Source of the DNA: Deltaproteobacteria bacterium
Lineage (GTDB): Bacteria; JAEEML01
Length of the DNA: 44,925 nucleotides
Direction of reading: 5' to 3'
NCBI GenBank assembly: GCA_016283195.1
Contig: JAEEML010000097.1
Location: 1 to 44,925 of the forward strand
Part shown: one piece after another, positions 27,729 to 35,659 of the stretch
How the letters are laid out: each line of letters opens with the position of its first letter
How positions within the stretch are numbered: position 1 is the first letter of the stretch
Translations under genes and position numbers: made by a program
Notes under the pieces: model-generated
Told to the model about the DNA's origin: nothing
The model's database searches: none
Seen by the model: the letters and a program-made list of their open reading frames with translations, nothing else

Positions 27729-28080
27729 TAGCCTTAATAGCCAGATTGCGTTTCTCTTCTTGCTCTTTTCGTCTTTTTAAGAGCATCTTTTTCACTACTT
27801 GTTTGGGATCGTGAATGAGGAGGTCGATTATCCAAACTGTCAGGCTGAGAGCTAAAACGGAAAGGCCCAAAAAGGCATCATTCAGCATAGCGGCCGGCGT
27901 AGGGTTAAAATAGGCGGCTTCTTCGGCCGTAAATTCAAAAACGGCATCGGTAAGCCACATAAGCGAAGAGCCCCAAAACATAAAGCAAAGAGTTTTTAGC
28001 CGATAAAGATCTTCCGGGGCGTTTTTGTACCACAAAAAGGTAAAAATAACGGCCGCAAAAACTGATATTAAAAGAGTCAT
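27715..28080 (-). CDS. Small membrane protein
   Basis: MTLLISVFAAVIFTFLWY...FWGSSLMWLTDAVFE, three TM helices; ATGA overlap with the upstream stop fixes the start at 28080. Confidence 0.75.
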   Translation of the reverse strand: MTLLISVFAAVIFTFLWYKNAPEDLYRLKTLCFMFWGSSLMWLTDAVFEFTAEEAAYFNPTPAAMLNDAFLGLSVLALSLTVWIIDLLIHDPKQVVKKMLLKRRKEQEEKRNLAIKASETI

Positions 28081-28451
28081 GCTGCCTCCAGCGCCAGAAA
28101 AGCTTTCTTTTCCAGCTGATGCGTAACCAGCAGCATGAGCCCCCAAACGGCCAGGCAGAGCAAAAGCATGGCTACGCCGGTGGTAGCCATTTCCTGAACC
28201 ATCTCGGCGCTGCTTTCCGGGCTTTTCATGGCGGTTAAAAAGGGAAACCAAGGCACGATCTCGCCATGCCACAGGTGCTCAAAGGCCAAAAGGAATGAAC
28301 CGCCGCCCAAAAGGCGGGTAAGCCAGCTGAGTTTTACGGAAAAGGGCAGATGATCTTCCTTAATGCGCACCTTTTTTTCTTTTTTCTTAACCAAATTGGT
28401 AGAAACTTTGGCAATAACAGCTCCGGTAGCCGGGACGATAAAACAGGCCAT
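28077..28451 (-). CDS. Small membrane protein (MACF-start type)
   Basis: AGGAG RBS; MACFIVPA...GGSFLLAFEHLWHGEIVPWFPFLTAM...EMATTGVAM. Confidence 0.8.
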   Translation of the reverse strand: MACFIVPATGAVIAKVSTNLVKKKEKKVRIKEDHLPFSVKLSWLTRLLGGGSFLLAFEHLWHGEIVPWFPFLTAMKSPESSAEMVQEMATTGVAMLLLCLAVWGLMLLVTHQLEKKAFLALEAA

Positions 28452-28696
28452 TAACCTTCTCCTTTAAAAATTCATGAATTAAAATGCACGCCGATAAAGC
28501 ACTAAGCAGCGCATATATTCGGATAGTAAAGAATTTTTTTAATAAGTACACTAAAAACTTTTAGCAAATTGTGCGGCTTGGTTACTTTTGCCTATGCTTG
28601 CCGTTATAACAAGCTAACTGGTTGTCTTTTACGCTAAGCCATTGTAAAAGAATGGCGCTCCGGGGTTTTAAACCCGGCTGGTGGAGAAGAAAAAAC

Positions 28697-30028
28697 ATGA
28701 ATATTACCGTTTGCGGAACAGGTTATGTAGGGCTGGTGGCGGCCGCCGGTTTTGCCGAAACCGGCAATACCGTTTACGCCATTGATATAGACGAAAACAA
28801 GCTGGCCAAATTGCGCCGTGGGGAAATTCCCTTTTATGAACCTGGGCTTGACCGCCTGGTTACTCATAATCAGCAGGAAGAACGCCTCTTTTTTGGCAGT
28901 GACCTGGCAGCAGCGGTGGCCAAAAGCGAAGTGGTATTCATCGCTGTGGGCACCCCGCCAAAAGCCGACGGTTCGGCCGACTTATCTTATGTGGAAAAAG
29001 CGGTGATTGATATCAGTAAAGCGGCTAAAGGGCCGCTGCTGGTGGTGATGAAGAGCACCGTGCCAGTTGGTACCAATACCAAAATGCAGGAACTTGCCAA
29101 AAAATATGCTATGGTGCCGGTGGAGCTTCTCTCTAACCCCGAGTTTTTAAAAGAAGGGGCGGCGGTGGATGACTTTTTTAAGCCCGACCGCGTTATTTTG
29201 GGCGTTAGGAGCAAAAGAGCCGCCGAGGTAATGGCGAGCCTTTATGCCCCCTTTACCCGCCGCAGCGACCGCTTGCTCATTATGAATCCCGAGAGCGCCG
29301 AGATGACCAAGTATGCGGCTAACTGTATGCTGGCTACCCGTATTTCTCTCATGAACGAACTGGCCAATCTTTGTGAAGAAGTGGGTGCCGATGTGCGCTC
29401 GGTGCGTCTTGGCACCGGGGCCGACAGGCGCATTGGCAATGCCTTTTTGTTTCCCGGCATCGGTTATGGCGGCAGCTGTTTTCCCAAAGATGTCTCCGCT
29501 CTTATTCAGCAGGGTGCCGCTTGCCATTTGCCAATGGATATTTTAAGTGCCGTACACCAGGTTAATGCTCGCCAGAAAGAGCGCCTCTTTAAAAAAATAA
29601 CGGCCCATTTCGGCTCTAATCTTAAAGGGCGCACTTTGGCTATTTGGGGTTTAAGTTTTAAGCCGGAAACCGATGATATTCGCGAAGCTCCCAGCATGGT
29701 GACAATAGATAATCTCCTAAAAGCCGGTGCAGTTTGTCAGGTGCATGATCCGGCAGCTATGGAAAATATCCGCGCCGTTTATGGTGACAAGCTGATTTAT
29801 GCCGATAAAGCCTTAAAAGCTCTTGAAGGCGCCGATGCGCTGATTATCCACACCGAGTGGAATGAATATCGCAATCCCGATTTTGCTGTTATGGCTAAGA
29901 GTTTGAAAGAAAAGATAATTTTTGACGGGCGCAATCTTTATAGCCGCAAGCAATTGCAAAAATACGGCCTTACTTATGAGCCTATCGGCCGCCCGCAAAA
30001 TGCCGATATGGATTTTTTAGGGGCTTAA
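28697..30028 (+). CDS. ugd: UDP-glucose 6-dehydrogenase
   Basis: GTGYVGL, FIAVGTP, KSTVPVGT, SNPEFLKEG, GYGGSCFPKD, GLSFKPETDDIRE, FDGRN; GGAG RBS before ATG 28697. Confidence 0.95.
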   Translation: MNITVCGTGYVGLVAAAGFAETGNTVYAIDIDENKLAKLRRGEIPFYEPGLDRLVTHNQQEERLFFGSDLAAAVAKSEVVFIAVGTPPKADGSADLSYVEKAVIDISKAAKGPLLVVMKSTVPVGTNTKMQELAKKYAMVPVELLSNPEFLKEGAAVDDFFKPDRVILGVRSKRAAEVMASLYAPFTRRSDRLLIMNPESAEMTKYAANCMLATRISLMNELANLCEEVGADVRSVRLGTGADRRIGNAFLFPGIGYGGSCFPKDVSALIQQGAACHLPMDILSAVHQVNARQKERLFKKITAHFGSNLKGRTLAIWGLSFKPETDDIREAPSMVTIDNLLKAGAVCQVHDPAAMENIRAVYGDKLIYADKALKALEGADALIIHTEWNEYRNPDFAVMAKSLKEKIIFDGRNLYSRKQLQKYGLTYEPIGRPQNADMDFLGA

Positions 30029-30116
30029 AAATCTAAAAGATTGTTTTTCGCTTTATTTATATATATTGTTACCCCCGCTTGGAAGTGTCTCGCTTTTTAG
30101 AGAGAGGGAGTCCGCA

Positions 30117-31115
30117 GTGAAGCGTAATTTGAAAAAATATCTATCGTTATTGGCCGCCGCTATGTTGTCTTCTACTTTCGCAGCTTGCGAAGTAGAAGAG
30201 GTTATTCATGGCCTTGAAGAGCGCGAAGCCAATGAAATACTTGAACTTCTTGACGCCACCGAGCCGCCGATTGAAGCCAAGAAAATGAAAGAGGACGGCC
30301 GTATAGTCACTTACAAAATTGTGGTGCCTGCCCGCTTTAAGATAGATGCTTATAAGGTGCTCAATAAGCATGAACTCCCCAGAAAGCAGCACAAAGGTTA
30401 TAACGAAATATTTGCTCAAGCCGGCCTTATTCCCACCAAAGCCGAAGAGCAAGCCAAGAGCCTCGCCGCTATTCAGGGCGAAGTGGCCCGTTCATTGCAA
30501 CTCATTCCCAATGTGCTGGAAGCCGAAGTAAATTTGGTTATTCCCGAAGAAAATCCTCTGGCTAACCCCGGTGATGAAAAATCGAAGCCCTCGGCTTCCG
30601 TTACCTTGAAGTATTTGCCGGTAAACGGCAAGCCACCGGCCGAAAAAGAAGAAGTACAGCGCTTGGTTGCCGCTGCCGTCAAAGACTTGGTTCCGGAGCG
30701 CGTAGAAGTTTTTATGGCCGTATCCACCAAAGTGCAACAGGCAGTGGAAGGCGCTGAGGGCGGAGCTCCAGGTGTACCGGCCGCCTGCCCGATAACAGCG
30801 GCGCCGATAAGCATTTGTAACGGTGACAAAGAACCGGTGCGTCTCATGGGCCGCGTTATGTGCCCGGAGGCCGCCAGCCTTTTCAAAATGCTCATAGCCG
30901 TTTTCGTGGTTTTGCTCCTTTTGATGGGCGGTGGTCTCGTAGTTTTGGTCTTAAGAGCCAATGCCGTGAAGAGCAAATTAAATCGTTTGCAATCCGAGCT
31001 GGCTTCCCGCCGTCGTCGCGGTACAGCGACTGCCGGCGGTATGGGTAACGGCAGTATGCCGGCTCCGGCCGCCTCCGGCCTCAATGCCGAAAATGTTGAG
31101 GGCACAAGTCACTAA
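30117..31115 (+). CDS. sctJ: Type III secretion inner-membrane ring lipoprotein (YscJ/HrcJ/CdsJ family)
   Basis: Lipobox FAAC; HGLEEREANEILELL; GLIPT..E....L.A.QGE.ARSL..IP.VL.A.V.LVIP; PSASV.LKY; LVAAAV.DL.PE.VEV; C-terminal TM; GTG start with GGAG RBS; too short for FliF. Confidence 0.9.
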   Translation: MKRNLKKYLSLLAAAMLSSTFAACEVEEVIHGLEEREANEILELLDATEPPIEAKKMKEDGRIVTYKIVVPARFKIDAYKVLNKHELPRKQHKGYNEIFAQAGLIPTKAEEQAKSLAAIQGEVARSLQLIPNVLEAEVNLVIPEENPLANPGDEKSKPSASVTLKYLPVNGKPPAEKEEVQRLVAAAVKDLVPERVEVFMAVSTKVQQAVEGAEGGAPGVPAACPITAAPISICNGDKEPVRLMGRVMCPEAASLFKMLIAVFVVLLLLMGGGLVVLVLRANAVKSKLNRLQSELASRRRRGTATAGGMGNGSMPAPAASGLNAENVEGTSH

Positions 31116-31154
31116 AAAACACTTACCGGCGCTTTTGAGCCAGAGTAACCATAG

Positions 31155-32204
31155 ATGCACCAGAGCTTTTACCCGCTGACTTCCAAACAATATATGCTGC
31201 TTATTACCACCATGACTATGGGCGGCAGCGAGTCGGCCGCGCTCTTTCAGTACTTGCCGGAGGAAGAGCAAAAGCTTTTAACCGAAAAGGCCGAACTTTT
31301 GACCAAAATTCCCTCGGCCAAGCGGGTGCCCTTTATGGTTATGGAGATGAAAGAGGAGCTAAAAACACTGGGCCAGCATGGCATGGAATATGTCGATCCT
31401 TCGTGGATTGTCTATTCTTTAAAAGGCGAATTGCCACGTGTTTTGGCTAATCTCCTCTTTGAACTGCCGCCGCCTCTCGTGCGCAAATTGGTGGAGCGTA
31501 TTCCCGGAAAAGTGCGCGAGCACTTGCCGGCCAAGGACGAAATCGAAACGGTTTCTCCGGAGCTTAGGAGTGCGGTGCGCTATCTTTTTGAGAACAAATT
31601 TCACGAGATGCCGCGCACCATGCGCCGCCAGTTTGTCTTTGCCAATATTATTCTGCTCGATCGCAAAGATTTAGCTACTCTGATTCGTATTTTGGGGCTC
31701 GAAGAGCTGGCCCAGGCTTTTATCTCTGTGGGCAAGCAGGCTTTGGCCGAGCTCTGCCGTTCACTCCCGCGAGAGAAGGCCGAAGAGCTCATTGAAGTAG
31801 TGCGCCGCGTGGATAAAGTTGACCTTATGGACTTAAAAACGGCCCAGCGCTTTTTGGCCCGTGTTTTGCAAAATTTCAAAGATGAAGAGGACTTATTCCG
31901 CCGGGCCGGCATTTTCCGCCTTTCTAAAGCCGCTCTTTTGGAAGACCGGCCTTTCCATTTGGCTATGTCGCAGCGCCTGCCCATCGAACAGGGCAAAATA
32001 TATCTTGATTATGTGGATAAAGCGGCTGAAATAGCCGAATGGCAAGAGGCAGTTTTAAAGCGCCTGCAAAACAATATTTTTGATAAAATAAAAGCTCTTT
32101 CGGCTCAAGCGCTTATTTCGCCGCGTTATGCCAATTTGGATTTTGCTTATCACCAAATTACCGCCGACGGGGCGGAAGGCGGTGCGCCGGCCGCTGAGGC
32201 TTAA
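31155..32204 (+). CDS. sctK: Putative T3SS sorting-platform protein (SctK/FliG-like)
   Basis: Lies between sctJ and sctL; cytoplasmic and helical; VDPSW resembles the H.SW motif of SctK-like proteins; LGL.ELA.A segment. Confidence 0.55.
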   Translation: MHQSFYPLTSKQYMLLITTMTMGGSESAALFQYLPEEEQKLLTEKAELLTKIPSAKRVPFMVMEMKEELKTLGQHGMEYVDPSWIVYSLKGELPRVLANLLFELPPPLVRKLVERIPGKVREHLPAKDEIETVSPELRSAVRYLFENKFHEMPRTMRRQFVFANIILLDRKDLATLIRILGLEELAQAFISVGKQALAELCRSLPREKAEELIEVVRRVDKVDLMDLKTAQRFLARVLQNFKDEEDLFRRAGIFRLSKAALLEDRPFHLAMSQRLPIEQGKIYLDYVDKAAEIAEWQEAVLKRLQNNIFDKIKALSAQALISPRYANLDFAYHQITADGAEGGAPAAEA

Positions 32205-32227
32205 CAACCTAACTTTGGAGGCCTTTT

Positions 32228-32986
32228 ATGTCTAAAATAATCAAATACACCGATTCCGAAGCTTTGCCGGTAACAAGTGTTCCTTTTACCTCCTCCACCC
32301 AGGTAACCAAGCGCCCGGTTATCGACCGCGATGTTTTTAATGCCAAAACCGAAGCGGCCCGTATTTTGGAACAGGCCCACGAGCAGGCAGCGCGCATTAT
32401 CGACGATGCCAATGCCCAAGCCGAGAGCACCATTGCTAGGGCCAATGAAGAAGCGGCTATGATTATGCCGAATGCCCAGGCCGAAGCCGAAGCGCTTATT
32501 GCGCGGGCCAATGAGGAGTCGGCAGAACTTAAAGCCACAGCTGAGGAGCGCGGTTTTGCCGAGGGCAAGGAGGCCGGTTCGGCCCAGCTCATAGAGCTGA
32601 TAGCCAAACAAACCAAAGAATTTAGCGACTTTTGCGGGACACTTGAGCAGGAGATTTTAAGGCTCACCCTCGCTATAGTGCGCAAAGTTATTTCCGAAGA
32701 GTTGGAAGAAGGCTCGGATATTGTGGTAAAAATCACTCAAAGAGCTTTAAAAACCGTGCGTCAGCGGCGCGAAATCACCATTCGTACCAATCCGCAGGAT
32801 ATGCTCACTTTGAAGGAGCATAAGCGCGATTTGTTAGATGTTTTGAGCCGCACCAAGGATATTGTTTTTGAAGAAGACCCAGCTATTTCTGCCGGCGGCG
32901 TTTTGATTGAAACGGAGGCCGGGCGCATTGATGCCCGCCTTGATACGCAGCTGGCGGTATTTGAAAAAATTTTTGCTGCCCATTAG
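32228..32986 (+). CDS. sctL: T3SS stator protein (SctL/FliH/HrpE family)
   Basis: Ala-rich coiled coil, ERGFAEGKEAG (GxxxG), IRTNPQD, DPAISAGGVLIETEAGRIDARLDTQL. Confidence 0.9.
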   Translation: MSKIIKYTDSEALPVTSVPFTSSTQVTKRPVIDRDVFNAKTEAARILEQAHEQAARIIDDANAQAESTIARANEEAAMIMPNAQAEAEALIARANEESAELKATAEERGFAEGKEAGSAQLIELIAKQTKEFSDFCGTLEQEILRLTLAIVRKVISEELEEGSDIVVKITQRALKTVRQRREITIRTNPQDMLTLKEHKRDLLDVLSRTKDIVFEEDPAISAGGVLIETEAGRIDARLDTQLAVFEKIFAAH

Positions 32987-33045
32987 TCCCTTTGACCGCG
33001 GGGCATGCTTGGCCTCGGGAATACCGGCCCGGCGGCGAATTAAAT

Positions 33046-33075
33046 TTGACTAAGGAGCCCGATAAGTGCTAAAAC
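33046..33075 (+). promoter_or_regulatory. Putative sigma70 promoter (extended -10) for the PEGA gene
   Basis: TTGACT-N18-TAAAAC with TG at -15/-14. Confidence 0.4.
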
Positions 33076-33121
33076 AAAAGAGCCTTTGTTGGGCCTTGCG
33101 TTTGCTGTAGGAGAGCTGCAG

Positions 33122-34714
33122 ATGAAAATTCCATTTAACAGACATTCGCTAATATCTTTGGCTGCCATTGCTTCTTGTTTGGCTATATTGCCCTCAAAAT
33201 CGGCCTTGGCCCAGGATAGCTCTATTATTGCCGTGGTGCATGCTTCCGACCCGGCAGCACAAAAGCCGGCTGCTTATGCCAAGTATTATATAAGAAATTA
33301 CTTCCAGGCCGACAGCCGCTATGATTCTGTCGAAATAGATAAAAAAATAGATGCCTTATCGCAACAAACGGCCGCCAAGCAGTTGCAACTGGCTGCCGAA
33401 ATGGTGCAAAAAGGGCGCGAAGCTTATGACAGCTTGGAGCTCGACCAAGCTATCGACTTTTTGCAAAATGCCATAAGTAAATATGAGCGCAATGTCTCTT
33501 ATCTGGATTCCACGCGCCCGCTCTCCGATGCTTATATAGCTCTCGGTGCTTCTTATATTTTGCGCGGCGAAGAAAAGACCGGTAAAAGAGCCCTTGTCAG
33601 CGCTATTCATATTGACCCTCTGGCCCAGCCAGATCCGCGTATTTTCAACCCCTCCATGATGGAAATTTTCAACGATGCCCGCGATGAAGCGCAAAATTCT
33701 CCGCGCGGAGCCGTCAATGTTATTTCCAATCCCGGTTATGCCGAGGTGCACTTAAACGGCAAATTTATCGGTGTTACCCCACTTAGCAAAGGCGATATCC
33801 CCAGCGGCAGGCAAATTTTCCAGTTGCGCCAGGATGGTTACCGCACTTACGGGCGCGTGGTTGATTTGGCTCCTCATACCGAAGAGTCCATTTCCGGCTC
33901 GCTGGAAGCCACTGCCGAAGCCGCCCGCCTTCGCGATATGTACAGCCGCGCCATCAAGCAAATAAACAAAGAGACTATGGCCGATAGTATCCGTGAGCTG
34001 GCCAGCTATTTCCAGGTTAATAATATTTTTGTTGCCGAGGTGGCTCTTGAAGGCGAAATGGTGGTTCTCACCGGCGCCCAATATAGTGTGGCCACCGGTC
34101 AGCGAGTGAAAATTGCCAAGACGACCTTCCTTTTTGATGCCGAACAATTTGAATATTCAGTGCAAAAATATATGAATGCCAATTTTTCGGCCGAAAATCT
34201 AAATAAGCCCAGCATCGAAGATCAGGGCGATAAATGTGTTTCCGGCCAATGTGCCGATGGGCGCCTTTGTACTGCCGACAGCGATTGTGCCGGGCGAGTC
34301 TCCAGCACCAAACCCAAAAAAACTGGCTCCCCAATGCCCACTATGAAAAAGGTTCTCGGTTTTGGTCTTTTGGGCGGCGGTGCCGGTGTGATGCTTATTG
34401 GTGGCGGTCTTTGGATCGGCGCCGGGAGTAAAGCTTATATTATTAAAGATCCAAAGCAAAAACCTCTTTATTCCCAGCGGCAAATTAAGGATTTTCAGAG
34501 CAGCGGTAAAGCTATGGCTGTAGCCGGTGATGTTCTCTTCTCCATTGGTGCTGTTGCTGCCGTGGCCGGCGGAGCTTTGCTCCTCTTTTGGAATCCCAAG
34601 CCGAAAACTTCCACTGCTGTCGGTGGCACCGAGACGGCCTCAGCTGTTACTATTTCCGGCAGTTTAGCACCGGTGCAAGGGGGCGCTTATCTCTCCATGC
34701 AAGGAACTTTTTAA
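33122..34714 (+). CDS. Secreted TPR + PEGA domain protein with C-terminal Gly-rich hydrophobic hairpin
   Basis: Signal peptide ending ALA; TPR helices; PEGA V.SNP..AEV.LNGKF.G.TP; two Gly-rich hydrophobic helices; ends YLSMQGTF. Confidence 0.82.
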   Translation: MKIPFNRHSLISLAAIASCLAILPSKSALAQDSSIIAVVHASDPAAQKPAAYAKYYIRNYFQADSRYDSVEIDKKIDALSQQTAAKQLQLAAEMVQKGREAYDSLELDQAIDFLQNAISKYERNVSYLDSTRPLSDAYIALGASYILRGEEKTGKRALVSAIHIDPLAQPDPRIFNPSMMEIFNDARDEAQNSPRGAVNVISNPGYAEVHLNGKFIGVTPLSKGDIPSGRQIFQLRQDGYRTYGRVVDLAPHTEESISGSLEATAEAARLRDMYSRAIKQINKETMADSIRELASYFQVNNIFVAEVALEGEMVVLTGAQYSVATGQRVKIAKTTFLFDAEQFEYSVQKYMNANFSAENLNKPSIEDQGDKCVSGQCADGRLCTADSDCAGRVSSTKPKKTGSPMPTMKKVLGFGLLGGGAGVMLIGGGLWIGAGSKAYIIKDPKQKPLYSQRQIKDFQSSGKAMAVAGDVLFSIGAVAAVAGGALLLFWNPKPKTSTAVGGTETASAVTISGSLAPVQGGAYLSMQGTF

Positions 34715-34732
34715 GCTTGAAGGAGTTAAATT

Positions 34733-35539
34733 ATGAAATCCTTTGATAGATTACCGACTTCTTTAATATGTGCTCTGCTCTTGGCGGGCTGTAGTGCCAA
34801 TTCGGCTTGGAATCCGGACCAAATCGATGGAGCTAACTGCTCCAAAGATAAATGTGATGATGGCTACTCTTGCGTAGTCACCAAATGTGTGCGCCATAAT
34901 TCCCTGGGTTACAAAGAAACATGCCTCGATAACATCTCATGCAAAGATGGTCTGGTTTGCCCGCCCAGAGTATTTGCCTGTCGTAAAGAGTGCAGCAATT
35001 ATTATAGCTCTGATTCAGCTTGTAATGAAAGTAATGTTTTCTGTGCCCCTCTTTACACCAGCGACGGTACTAAATTTTTGAATACCGGTGCCTGTCTGGA
35101 TGCTCAATGTACAGCTAAAAAAGCCGATGCCAAAGCCGGTGATACTGTTTGTGAAAAGGGCGATTGTGTGCTCTTTAAAACACGCGTAGGCAGCTGCTTT
35201 AAAGAGTGTACTTATACCATCGGCGAAGACGGTGCATATAACGATAATCTGGAAACACAAGGTAAAACCTGTCACCCAGTGGGTAGTGGTGATAATCAAA
35301 CACTGGTGGAATGGCCGAGTGGCACTAAGCTCCAGGGTGAGCCTTGCGATCAATATAGTGCTCCCTGTGCCAAAGGCCTGGTGTGTATAAAAGGCACCGG
35401 CATTTCTAAATCCTGCCACAAACTTTGCTCCATTAATGGCGCTCAGCACCTAGGCTGCGAGGCTGATCAACAATGTTCGCAAGCCAAAGGCTATAGTTTC
35501 TGCTCTTCCGTTTCCGGTGATTCCAGTACCGATCGCTGA
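34733..35539 (+). CDS. Cys-rich lipoprotein
   Basis: Lipobox LAGC; C..GLVC repeats; AAGGAG RBS. Confidence 0.8.
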   Translation: MKSFDRLPTSLICALLLAGCSANSAWNPDQIDGANCSKDKCDDGYSCVVTKCVRHNSLGYKETCLDNISCKDGLVCPPRVFACRKECSNYYSSDSACNESNVFCAPLYTSDGTKFLNTGACLDAQCTAKKADAKAGDTVCEKGDCVLFKTRVGSCFKECTYTIGEDGAYNDNLETQGKTCHPVGSGDNQTLVEWPSGTKLQGEPCDQYSAPCAKGLVCIKGTGISKSCHKLCSINGAQHLGCEADQQCSQAKGYSFCSSVSGDSSTDR

Positions 35540-35581
35540 TTAGTCTTGATAAACCTAATTAAAAGTACTATTATTCGCCCG

Positions 35582-35597
35582 TGTGATTTTAGTCACA
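35582..35597. promoter_or_regulatory. CRP-family consensus site (alternatively a terminator stem)
   Basis: TGTGA-TTTTAG-TCACA, just downstream of TTGATA-N17-TATTAT (35546-35574). Confidence 0.5.
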
Positions 35598-35659
35598 CTG
35601 TTTTTGAAAAGAATTGTGTATAGAAATAAGCGTGTTGTTTCTTTAACAAGGAGGAAAGA

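Noticed and set aside
28081..28272. N-terminal extension of the 185-aa ORF
   Set aside because: Overlaps the upstream gene; the ATGA-coupled start at 28080 is more plausible
28490..28497. GCCGATAA upstream of ugd
   Set aside because: No -35 element at the correct spacing, and the motif is frequent in this sequence
30117..32986. Flagellar fliF-fliG-fliH interpretation
   Set aside because: The first gene is a ~330-aa lipoprotein with a single C-terminal TM (SctJ architecture), and no flagellar genes are adjacent
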